37,627 nucleotides of DNA from IMG/VR virus record IMGVR_UViG_2778261216_000004; one strand, 5' to 3'. Numbering within the stretch: the first letter of the stretch is position 1; each line of letters starts with the position of its first letter. Both the position numbers and the translations under genes were made by a program. Positions 1 through 7,941 of this stretch are shown piece by piece. The notes under the pieces were generated by a model. It was not told the origin of the DNA and did no database searches. It saw only the letters and a program-made list of their open reading frames with translations. This stretch comes from a virus (lineage: Duplodnaviria > Heunggongvirae > Uroviricota > Caudoviricetes).

Positions 1-996
1 TTAACGAACCAGCCAGACCAGCATCAGGATAATCGCGACTAACAGTATCCACAGCGCGGGACGCGTTGCCATATTTTGCAACGTGTCCATCATCGGTGGA
101 AAAGGATTAAGCAGCGGTTGCATAACACGCGGATCAATCCCTTTAACCCGCCGTTGATAAAGCTGATTAAGAATATCCTCGGCCTGGGCAGAAGAAAGCG
201 ATGATTGCGCAGAAAGACCATATTTTTGCTGGATATATGCCGATAACGCCGCCAGTTCACTGGCATCTAAAGGTTGTTTTAGCGTCATCTGTAGTGATTC
301 CAGCGTCGGCGTATTTTGCTGGCTTAGCGTCTGACGCGCCTGTAGCCAGGTCACCAGATGGTTAAACAGTTTCGCTGGAATTAACTCGCCATCTTTCACC
401 CCGGAAAGTTCCAGCATCGATTGCCAGATCTGTTTGCTGGGTTCCCCCGTTGCCGCCGCAAGTTTGGTCACCAGCTGTTTTAGCGCATTGTGCTCCGCCG
501 GTAATAAAGGACGGTCGGTCGCCTCGCGCTGCTGTGGTTGCGGAATAACCATCTTCCCTTCCTGCAACAGGGTGAGAATGGTTTTTAATTGCTCCGGTGA
601 GAGCTGATTCAGCGGCGTCTGACCAAAGTTATGACGGATATAATCCGTGACCGCCTGACGATTATTCCCCAGACGTAAATACTCCCCTAATTGCGCTAAA
701 AGCTGGCGGGCAGAATGGCTTTTTTGCGCGGCCAGCAGACGTTGCGCCAGGTTATGCTCAGCGGCAGGGAAGTGACGCGAAAGCAGCGGTGAATCTCCCG
801 ACAGACCAATATCGTGCCTGATACCCGCCCACAGTTCTGCTCTTTGCTGTTGCGTCAGTGAGGTCACTTTCGTCATTAAGCTTTCCAGCGAAGTACGTTG
901 CTGACTGGATAAAGGCTGATTGCCCGCGCCAGACGGCAGGTTATCTCCCTGACCTGGTGGTTGCCCAGGAGGAGGGCCGGAAATAGGTTGTATCAT
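1..996 (-). CDS. flk: Flagellar regulator Flk (host gene)
   Basis: Full-length 331-aa ORF, Gln/Leu/Ser-rich with a C-terminal hydrophobic anchor (ALWILLVAIILMLVWLV), matching Flk as I recall it. It lies 99 bp from a divergent MKILVDE start typical of pdxB, the arrangement I recall for E. coli. Confidence 0.75.
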   Translation of the reverse strand: MIQPISGPPPGQPPGQGDNLPSGAGNQPLSSQQRTSLESLMTKVTSLTQQQRAELWAGIRHDIGLSGDSPLLSRHFPAAEHNLAQRLLAAQKSHSARQLLAQLGEYLRLGNNRQAVTDYIRHNFGQTPLNQLSPEQLKTILTLLQEGKMVIPQPQQREATDRPLLPAEHNALKQLVTKLAAATGEPSKQIWQSMLELSGVKDGELIPAKLFNHLVTWLQARQTLSQQNTPTLESLQMTLKQPLDASELAALSAYIQQKYGLSAQSSLSSAQAEDILNQLYQRRVKGIDPRVMQPLLNPFPPMMDTLQNMATRPALWILLVAIILMLVWLVR

Positions 997-1094
997 TACG
1001 TATCCTTATACCTGAAATCTTCGCAAGTATGCCTGGCCGCGAGATTATGGCACACTTGTCCGGTTAACTCTCGTCTCATACAGGTAACACAAAC

Positions 1095-1117
1095 GTGAAA
1101 ATCCTTGTTGATGAAAA
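1095..1117 (+). pseudogene. pdxB: 5' fragment of pdxB (about 7 codons, VKILVDE) left at the prophage junction; candidate att core
   Basis: GTGAAAATCCTTGTTGATGAAAA encodes the PdxB N-terminus and then diverges into a short out-of-context ORF that stops after 7 more codons. Everything to the right is phage-like. Confidence 0.45.
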
Positions 1118-1198
1118 AAACAAAGATTTAATTTCTTGATATAAAAGGATTTGTATCAGCGCATGTCCACGCAGTGACCACATTTTCGAGAGGTAGAG

Positions 1199-1228
1199 TA
1201 AGCCCGCAACATTGCGGGCTTTGTCTTA
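1199..1228. terminator. GC hairpin with T-rich tail at the prophage edge
   Basis: AGCCCGCAAcatTGCGGGCT followed by TTGTCTT on the plus strand, immediately after the methyltransferase stop. It would stop read-through from the host pdxB promoter into the prophage and may also end the com/methyltransferase transcript. Confidence 0.45.
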
Positions 1229-2017
1229 TGGTTCGATCGCCGTTTTGAGCCGTTGTGTTGCTACATCAAAATAATGATCACTGGTTTCTATACCAATAAA
1301 TTTGCGTCCTGCTTTCAGTGCTGCAACACCCGTTGTTCCCGATCCCATAAAAGGATCAAGGACTGTTCCACCACTATTCGCAGTCCTGACCAGTTCTGCC
1401 ATAAGTTCTTCTGGTTTTCCGGTCGGGTGCATTTTCTTTGATGGGATAACCGGGAACGTCATGCAGCCGTCGAACGGTCCCGAAGGCGATTTACCTAAAT
1501 GGCCTTTACTGCCCCAGACGATGTATTCGCACTGATGCCGGAAATACCCCGTATGGGGTGTTCGTGACCCCCTTCCTTTGTTCCACGCAATGATTCCACG
1601 CCATGTAAAACCGCTGGCCTGAAACGCATCGGTTAAAGCTGGCAGTTGTCGCCAGTCAGTAAATACCAGGGCATAACCGCCCGGCCTGACTGCGCGGTGT
1701 GCCTGTGCCATCCATAATTGTGTCCAGTAAGCCCACGAACGGGCATCCATGTTTTCACCCGCAAACCCATCAAAGCGATGAAGGTTCTCGCCGTTCAGAT
1801 ATTTTGCGTGGCTGCCCTGGTTGGTGCGTCCGGCCTTGTGTGTCGCGCCCGAACTGTAAGGCGGGTCAGTGATTAAGGCATCAATACTTTCTGGCTCAAT
1901 CAGCGGCAATATTTCCAGCGCATTCCCACGACAGAGCGTGGCATTGTCAGTCTGATAAACCTTAGTGTGTTCCGGTGTATGTGCTGGTTGGTGCTGGATT
2001 GCGATCCCCACGGTCAT
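1226..2017 (-). CDS. DNA N6-adenine (or N4-cytosine) methyltransferase, beta-class
   Basis: 263 aa with DPPY (motif IV) near the N-terminus and a DPFMGSGTTG (motif I) near the C-terminus, the order typical of N4/N6 MTase family proteins. Its 5' end overlaps the com-like ORF. Confidence 0.85.
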   Translation of the reverse strand: MTVGIAIQHQPAHTPEHTKVYQTDNATLCRGNALEILPLIEPESIDALITDPPYSSGATHKAGRTNQGSHAKYLNGENLHRFDGFAGENMDARSWAYWTQLWMAQAHRAVRPGGYALVFTDWRQLPALTDAFQASGFTWRGIIAWNKGRGSRTPHTGYFRHQCEYIVWGSKGHLGKSPSGPFDGCMTFPVIPSKKMHPTGKPEELMAELVRTANSGGTVLDPFMGSGTTGVAALKAGRKFIGIETSDHYFDVATQRLKTAIEP

Positions 2018-2159
2018 AACTCCTCATGTGTGTGGGGTGCTCAATGGCTCTCGTTATCTGGTTAAGTGTTTTGCAGCGCGGACATTTTATTTCAATGTAG
2101 TGAAATGAGGCGCGGGCAAGTAGTTTGTTGCAATTTTTGCATCGTACATTTTGCGTCAT
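1962..2159 (-). CDS. com: Com-like zinc-finger translational regulator
   Basis: 65 aa from an ATG with a GAGGTG ribosome-binding site. MTQNVRCKNCNKLL...IEIKCPRCK matches the Mu Com CxxC...CxxC motif (Mu Com: MKSIRCKNCNKLLF...IEIRCPRCK). It overlaps the downstream methyltransferase start as com overlaps mom in Mu. Confidence 0.75.
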   Translation of the reverse strand: MTQNVRCKNCNKLLARASFHYIEIKCPRCKTLNQITRAIEHPTHMRSYDRGDRNPAPTSTYTGTH

Positions 2160-2203
2160 TTGCGGCACCTCTTGTGTGGTTACTGCTGCCGATATGATAA
2201 CAA

Positions 2204-2241
2204 ATCGATCGTTTTTATCGATCGGATTTATTGCATCGATC
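2204..2241. promoter_or_regulatory. Three ATCGATC (GATC-containing) repeats upstream of com
   Basis: ATCGATC at 2204-2210, 2217-2223 and 2235-2241, 45-80 bp upstream of the com start. This resembles the Dam-methylation-sensitive GATC cluster upstream of the Mu mom operon. Confidence 0.4.
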
Positions 2242-2271
2242 TGTTATGCCTATTGCTTATGGATGGGGATA

Positions 2272-2308
2272 CCAAAAAGAAAACCCGCAGTTTTTACGCT
2301 GCGGGCTT
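2272..2308 (-). terminator. Rho-independent terminator (hok-like transcript)
   Basis: On the minus strand, AGCCCGCAG-cgtaaaaa-CTGCGGGTT followed by TTCTTTTT, about 85 nt downstream of the hok-like stop. Confidence 0.5.
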
Positions 2309-2394
2309 GTTGTTCATGTCTGTGAGATAGGGTGCCTTATCGACCTTACCCTGGCAACCGATTGACGGGGGATTACTCCCCCGTCGCGGTTTCC

Positions 2395-2535
2395 TTACTG
2401 CTTACACTGTAAGAACGCCGCAAACTCCGCTCCCCAGAAGCTCATCCGTATTTCACACAGCGAACCGTGCAGCATCCAGATGATGAGGATTACCGTCACG
2501 CAGAATGTGATGGCCGTAAGCGATTTTTGCGACAT
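2395..2535 (-). CDS. hok: Hok/Gef-family type I toxin (small membrane peptide), not in the ORF track
   Basis: 46-aa ORF MSQKSLTAITFCVTVILIIWMLHGSLCEIRMSFWGAEFAAFLQCKQ with an AAAGGAG ribosome-binding site. It has a hydrophobic N-terminus, the conserved SLCEIR motif and an AAF motif as in Hok/HokA. The flanking UTRs are rich in hairpins. Confidence 0.7.
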   Translation of the reverse strand: MSQKSLTAITFCVTVILIIWMLHGSLCEIRMSFWGAEFAAFLQCKQ

Positions 2536-2726
2536 GGCGCTTGCTCCTTTGTTGGAGAGGCGCTAACCTATCACTTGCTTAAGGTAGATATGTTAGGGCC
2601 TCGGTTAAACAGAAATGTTTTCCGGGGCCTTTCCACATCTGGCCTTCGGGTATTCCCTCCGACCATCAGTCGAAAGGCACCCGCGCGTAATCTATCGCTT
2701 TTTTGTTGCTCCGGCAATTCTGCCCA

Positions 2727-2987
2727 TTAATTCTGAGGTAAAGGCAAACTCATCTGATTGTTTCCCCTGTGTGAAGCTGGCAGCTCATGCCACGGGATAC
2801 CTTCTGAAGAGAGAGCGCCGGAGGCGTGTTTTGATGTGAATTTATGGAAAGCTTCCAGTGTTGAGAAGCATACGCCGCATTCCAGATTGTTACACTGGTA
2901 ATACTTTTGCCGCACGGTGTTTGAATCATTTTCAGGACGACTGGTGCGGATACGGGCAGATGCGCCACAAAGCGGACAACGAAACAT
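2727..2987 (-). CDS. ogr: Ogr/Delta-type zinc-finger late transcription activator
   Basis: MFRCPLCGASARIRTSR...YYQCNNLECGVCF matches P2 Ogr (MFHCPLC...RTSR...YHQCQNVNC). Strong AGGGAGG ribosome-binding site. Confidence 0.85.
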   Translation of the reverse strand: MFRCPLCGASARIRTSRPENDSNTVRQKYYQCNNLECGVCFSTLEAFHKFTSKHASGALSSEGIPWHELPASHRGNNQMSLPLPQN

Positions 2988-3245
2988 AGCGACCTCCCTT
3001 AACGTGGTGCTGCCACCATTCTAAGTTGCCCCAACTCAGATTCCAACAGCAACTCCGCTTTGAGCAAGTCACTGAAGTAGGCTTTGTCGTGGCGAATAAA
3101 TTACATGAGTATCTCAATGATGTCATTTGAGTAGGATTTTAATGTATAACAATAAGGCTTGTGTTAATCTTAAAGTTGAATTGTGGTTTATGAAAAAAAC
3201 AAATGCTGATTCTCAACGAAAATTTCACTGAAATAAGGGTTGTAA

Positions 3246-4304
3246 ATGACAAAAACTATATCGATTTTTAATAACAAAGGTGGTGTTGGTAAAACAACTA
3301 TAATTTGGAATCTTGCAGTATCGCTAGCAGATAAAGGAAAAAGTGTTTTATTAATAGACTTTGATCCCCAGTGTAATCTCTCAATTGCATGTATTGGTGA
3401 TGAGGAATTTTCAGAGTTATTGGAACCTTCAGATGATTTCCCTTTTGGAAAAACGGTTAAAGCATTTGCATTGCCTTACATACAACAAAATACTATAGGT
3501 GAAGTTTATACAACAGAACCTAAGACTAAGACAGATGCAGGCGTTTTGCATATTGTTCCTGGAGACTTTTGGCTTAATACATTTTCAGATATTTTAAATG
3601 TCGGCACTGATGTTATAAGTGGCGCAGGGTTATATCGTTTTATTTTGCCAGATTTGATAACAAAAAAAGCATCAGAGAAAAATGATGTTATTTATGATTA
3701 TGTCCTAATAGATTTACCTCCCTCATTCAATACGCTTGTTAGATCGTCATTGTACTGCTCGGACTATTTTTTAGTTCCTTGCACACCTGATTTATTCTCT
3801 TCATATTGTGTAGGGCTGATTGGTGAGATGTTGCCATCATTTATACGTGATTGGGAGCAGGGCAAGGAAAGATATCTATCAGGTAACCCACGAGATAATA
3901 TTATATCTCAGAAAGGGATGCCTAAATTTGGCGGTTGGATATTCAATGGTTTTGATACGAGAAAGCAAAATGATGTTAAACAAGAGGTTGGTGCAGATGC
4001 AGTTCATCACCGTTCAATAAGAAAAGCGATAGAGGAAAAAATGCTTCCTCAGCTTTCACAGATTTCATCTTACAACGCGGTTCCTAATTTTACTGATTAT
4101 GAACCAGTTGGAAAGATTGAGGACCTCAACGTTATGGCTCCTGATAGTATTATTCAAAATATACCTATTCGCTATTTGTCTCGAGTTAGGCCAACGAATG
4201 CTCTTCGTGGGCGGGGGCAATGGGCAGTTAATCAGGTAGAACTAATGAATGAGATGGCTGGTGAGTATGATCATTTAGCTGAACACATAATAAATAATTT
4301 TTAA
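3246..4304 (+). CDS. Orphan ParA/MinD-family ATPase with an uncharacterised ~150-aa C-terminal extension
   Basis: Deviant Walker A NNKGGVGKTT, the DFDPQCN motif and a Walker B-like YDYVLIDLPP. The gene and its flanks are visibly AT-rich compared with the prophage. No parB-like partner is adjacent. Confidence 0.8.
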   Translation: MTKTISIFNNKGGVGKTTIIWNLAVSLADKGKSVLLIDFDPQCNLSIACIGDEEFSELLEPSDDFPFGKTVKAFALPYIQQNTIGEVYTTEPKTKTDAGVLHIVPGDFWLNTFSDILNVGTDVISGAGLYRFILPDLITKKASEKNDVIYDYVLIDLPPSFNTLVRSSLYCSDYFLVPCTPDLFSSYCVGLIGEMLPSFIRDWEQGKERYLSGNPRDNIISQKGMPKFGGWIFNGFDTRKQNDVKQEVGADAVHHRSIRKAIEEKMLPQLSQISSYNAVPNFTDYEPVGKIEDLNVMAPDSIIQNIPIRYLSRVRPTNALRGRGQWAVNQVELMNEMAGEYDHLAEHIINNF

Positions 4305-4452
4305 CATGCAAAACAAAGTGTGCGCCTTTATAAGGTGCACATTGAGTTAATTTTCTTAATTTCTCCTAAAAAATGAAAGAACTATACATCCAATAAGTAC
4401 ACTCTGTTATTGGTAATATTTACTCATTTTTGATTTAATATCTACAAATCGC

Positions 4453-5553
4453 TCACTCTGTTTCCGCTATCCATTCCGGGATTTTTGCCTCAAGCTCAAG
4501 CTGCGTGGTAAAGCCGCTGTTATCAATGGTGTGCTCGGCTTTTGCAATGATCCAGTCCTGATTGTCGATGTCACTTTTGAAGCCTGTCACCGTGCCATGC
4601 ATTTCGGGGTAGAGTTCTGCGCGTCCACGTGCCAGCGTGATGGAGAATGATGCGGCTCTGCGTTGTAGCTGCTGCCACTTTGCCGCCGCTGCGCGTCTTG
4701 CTGCCTGTTCGTTCTGATAAGTTTTGCGTAACACAAACACGTTGCCTTCCGAACCTTCCATATAGTCACCTTCACGGCTGCTGCTTTTCTCTTTTTTCGG
4801 TTTGCGGCGTTTCACGCTGACTTTTTTCTTTTTCCCGTAATTAAGATCAAGCCAGTAAGCGCGTACCCCCGTATACGCTTCGCGGTCAGCAATGCGGAAC
4901 TGATGGCGATCGCCACTGCTGCGAGTGATGGCGAACGATGGCAACGGCTGGCCCTGTGCGTTCACGCCACCGCCTGGCATGATGAATAACAGATTACCGC
5001 TTTTTACTGTGGTGATTGCGCCCAGCATTTCCGCCATGCGCGTAAGGAAGGATATGTCGCTTTCTTCAGTCTGGTCAGCGTGGTCGATTTCAATATCCAT
5101 CAGCATTTCGCTGATTTGCGGTTTCAGACCATACCGATGAGCGATGGCGGATACCACACGCTCAACGGTCACATCATGCCAGGACACCTCACGTTTAACG
5201 TTAAATTCATCCCGAAAATCTGCGCTTCTGGCTGAAACAGTCAGCCTGTCCGGCGGTCCTTCGTGAGCGATTTCATCAACAATGTAAGTGCCTTTTTCTG
5301 TCAGCGGTTCTCCTTTCCAGCCCATGAGAACCGTCAGGCGCGCGCCCCGTGGCGGTAGCTGCAACTGACCATCCACATCATCCAGCGTGATGGTGAGCTG
5401 GTCCGCCTCAAATCCCCGGTTGTCGGTCAGTGACAGGCTCATCAGGCGCTCTGCCACGCCGGACAGCGTTTTCCCCTCCGCGAGAATATCAAAATCCGGC
5501 ATTTTTACGGGGTCTGTGCTCTGACTGAGCAATTGCATGGTGGTGTCGGTCAT
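4453..5553 (-). CDS. D: Tail protein D (late control gene D family)
   Basis: Matches P2 gpD motifs (LSLTDNRGFEADQL, REGDYMEGSEGNVF). Start set at the internal ATG with an AGGGAGGGA ribosome-binding site rather than the ORF-track start. Confidence 0.85.
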   Translation of the reverse strand: MTDTTMQLLSQSTDPVKMPDFDILAEGKTLSGVAERLMSLSLTDNRGFEADQLTITLDDVDGQLQLPPRGARLTVLMGWKGEPLTEKGTYIVDEIAHEGPPDRLTVSARSADFRDEFNVKREVSWHDVTVERVVSAIAHRYGLKPQISEMLMDIEIDHADQTEESDISFLTRMAEMLGAITTVKSGNLLFIMPGGGVNAQGQPLPSFAITRSSGDRHQFRIADREAYTGVRAYWLDLNYGKKKKVSVKRRKPKKEKSSSREGDYMEGSEGNVFVLRKTYQNEQAARRAAAAKWQQLQRRAASFSITLARGRAELYPEMHGTVTGFKSDIDNQDWIIAKAEHTIDNSGFTTQLELEAKIPEWIAETE

Positions 5554-5710
5554 CTGTTCCCTCCCTGTGCGGCATGGTCGCATGTGCGTGCGGAGTGGGT
5601 TACTGCTTTTTGTTGTCGCCGTGGCGGGAGAATAGCGCAGGGGTGAGATTACGCGCGTGGTGGGTGATGATTGTTGCTGAATCATTTAACGGATACAAGG
5701 GGCTGAAGCT

Positions 5711-6895
5711 ATGAGTGAAACTCGTTTTCATGGTGCCCGTGTTACGGAAAGTACCGACCTGGTAACAGCGATTAATGATGTTGATTCCAGTGTTATCGGT
5801 ATCGTGGCAACGGCGGATGATGCGGATGCGGAGCTGTTCCCGCTGAACAAGCCCACACTGCTGACCCGCGTCAATGACGTGCTGGGAAAATGCGGAACAA
5901 CGGGGACGCTTTATCGTGCGCTTAAGGCCATCGCAGACCAGGTGAGCACAAAGGTGATCGTCGTTCGCGTGGCTGAACACAAAGAAGAAGACGGAAAAAC
6001 GCAGGATCAACTGGTTATCGGTGGTTCTGAGAATGACGGCAGCTATACGGGGATGTATGCGCTGCTTGTTGCAGAGCAGGATGAAAGCATCGGATACCGT
6101 CCGCGTATTCTGGCCGCGCCGGAGCTGGACACGGAGGCGGTGACAAAATCCCTGTGCGTGATTGCGGGTAAACTGCGCGCGTTTGTCTATGCCTCATGTC
6201 ATGGCTGTGACACGATGGCTGATGCGATTACCTACCGCCAGAAATTCAACGAACGTGAGGTGATGCTCTTATGGCCGGACTTCATCGCCTACAACCCGAA
6301 AAGTGGCAAAAACGAAACGTTCCCCGCGCCTGCCTATGCGTGCGGCCTTCGTGCGTACATTGACCATGAGCAGGGATGGCACAAATCACTCTCCAACGTT
6401 CCGGTTAAGAATGTGCTGGGGATGTCGAGGCATGTGTTCTGGTCGTTGCAGGCCGAAGACAGTGATGCCAACAGCCTCAACAACAAAGAAATCACGACCA
6501 TTATTCGTCGCAACGGGTTCCGCTTCTGGGGCAACCGCACACCGGAAACGAACGCCTACATCTTTGAGGTGTACACCCGAACCGCACAGGTGCTGGCTGA
6601 TTCAATTGCGGAAGCGCAGTTTGAAACCATCGACAGTCCACTGACGCCTGCGAACGTGAAGGATGTTATCAGTGCCATCAGGGCAAAACTGGATTCGCTG
6701 GTTACTGCCGGGAAACTGATTGGCGCGGAGTGCTGGTATGACGTGGTGGATAACAGCACCACGAATTTACGTCAGGGGCGCGTGCGTATTCGCTACAAAT
6801 ATACGCCTGTTCCCCCGCTGGAAGACATGGAGCTTTACCAGTCGTTTACTGATGAATTCTTTGGTCCCGCATTTGCGGTGCTGGGAGGTGCCTGA
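5711..6895 (+). CDS. FI: Tail sheath protein FI
   Basis: 394 aa; N-terminal region (IGIVATADDADAELFPLNKP) resembles P2 FI. Confidence 0.9.
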   Translation: MSETRFHGARVTESTDLVTAINDVDSSVIGIVATADDADAELFPLNKPTLLTRVNDVLGKCGTTGTLYRALKAIADQVSTKVIVVRVAEHKEEDGKTQDQLVIGGSENDGSYTGMYALLVAEQDESIGYRPRILAAPELDTEAVTKSLCVIAGKLRAFVYASCHGCDTMADAITYRQKFNEREVMLLWPDFIAYNPKSGKNETFPAPAYACGLRAYIDHEQGWHKSLSNVPVKNVLGMSRHVFWSLQAEDSDANSLNNKEITTIIRRNGFRFWGNRTPETNAYIFEVYTRTAQVLADSIAEAQFETIDSPLTPANVKDVISAIRAKLDSLVTAGKLIGAECWYDVVDNSTTNLRQGRVRIRYKYTPVPPLEDMELYQSFTDEFFGPAFAVLGGA

Positions 6896-7407
6896 TGGCT
6901 GTACCAAAACATCTTCGCTTTTTTACGCTGTTTGTGGATGGTGAAAACGAAGTGGGTAAGGTGACGTCCGTCACTCTACCTAAGCTGACGCGCAAAACCG
7001 ACAGCTACCGGGGTGGTGGCATGATGGGTGCGGTAAGTATTGATCTCGGTCTGGACGACTCCGCGCTTGATGCGAGCTTTGTCATGGGGGGCGCAGTTCG
7101 TGAGCTGTTCCTTAAGTATGGCGGCACGATTGACGGCACGCTGCTGCGTTTTGCGGGTGAATACTACACCGATGCAGAAAGCGACCTGTATGAAGTCGAA
7201 ATGCGCGGACGTGTGACGGAAATTGATATGGGGGAAGCCAAACAGGGCGAAGCCACATCACACACTTACGCCATTAAAAACACCTACTACAAGCTGAGTG
7301 TTAACGATCGCCCGTTGTGGGAGATTGACCTGCTGAACTTCATTTACCGGAAGGACGGCAAGGACATTGTGCCCGATCGCATCCGTTCCGCGCTCGGGCT
7401 TGGCTGA
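6895..7407 (+). CDS. FII: Tail tube protein FII
   Basis: 170 aa, start overlaps the FI stop; P2 FII-like. Confidence 0.9.
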   Translation: MAVPKHLRFFTLFVDGENEVGKVTSVTLPKLTRKTDSYRGGGMMGAVSIDLGLDDSALDASFVMGGAVRELFLKYGGTIDGTLLRFAGEYYTDAESDLYEVEMRGRVTEIDMGEAKQGEATSHTYAIKNTYYKLSVNDRPLWEIDLLNFIYRKDGKDIVPDRIRSALGLG

Positions 7408-7461
7408 TAAGTAATATGCAGGCGGCGCAGTGCGTCGCCTCTGACTGAAAGGAATTTCCTG

Positions 7462-7827
7462 ATGAAAGAGACGAAAAACATCGATACCGAAAACACGGTA
7501 GTTGCTGACACTGTGAAAGAAACCAGTGAACGTGGTGTAAAACTTACCCAACCAATTGAGCGAGGCGGCGAAAAAATCACGTATGTGGAGATCACCGGGG
7601 CTATTGAGCAGGCTGGATCTCTGCGAGATTTGTCGCTGTCTGATGTGCTGAATCTGAAAGCGGAATCCATGTTTACGCTGCTGTCACGCGTGACATCACC
7701 GCGACTGGATGAAGTGACGATCAAAAAAATGGCATCCCGTGACTTTATTCAGTTATGTGTGGTTGCCGTAAATTTTTTGAGCGGTGCGGACTCTGGCGGG
7801 AAGAACGAACAGGCGACGGAAGCCTGA
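7462..7827 (+). CDS. E: Tail assembly chaperone E
   Basis: ORF between FII and T with an AAAGGAA ribosome-binding site. It contains the slippery site used to make E+E'. Confidence 0.8.
   Translation: MKETKNIDTENTVVADTVKETSERGVKLTQPIERGGEKITYVEITGAIEQAGSLRDLSLSDVLNLKAESMFTLLSRVTSPRLDEVTIKKMASRDFIQLCVVAVNFLSGADSGGKNEQATEA
7773..7779 (+). other. Programmed -1 ribosomal frameshift site T TTT TTG giving the E+E' fusion (7462..7991)
   Basis: The heptamer TTTTTTG lies in the E frame; the -1 frame continues as the overlapping 7755..7991 ORF. Same slippery sequence and arrangement as P2 E/E'. Confidence 0.7.
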
Positions 7828-7941
7828 TCACGGTTGTGTGCTTTGAGCACATAGAAGACTTTGTGGCAGATATTGCCGTTATTTTTAACTGGTCGCCCGC
7901 CGAAATCTTCATGATGACGCCCGGCGAAGTGGTTAGCTGGC

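Noticed and set aside
1226-2168. com-like/methyltransferase pair as host chromosomal genes outside the prophage
   Set aside because: The pdxB start fragment at about 1095-1117 places the junction to the left of these genes, so they are more likely phage-borne cargo. This cannot be proven without the other junction.
2467-2839. Plus-strand ORFs (87 and 74 aa) between the com-like gene and ogr
   Set aside because: They lie antisense to the hok-like gene and its structured leader; the minus-strand hok reading frame has the ribosome-binding site and family motifs.
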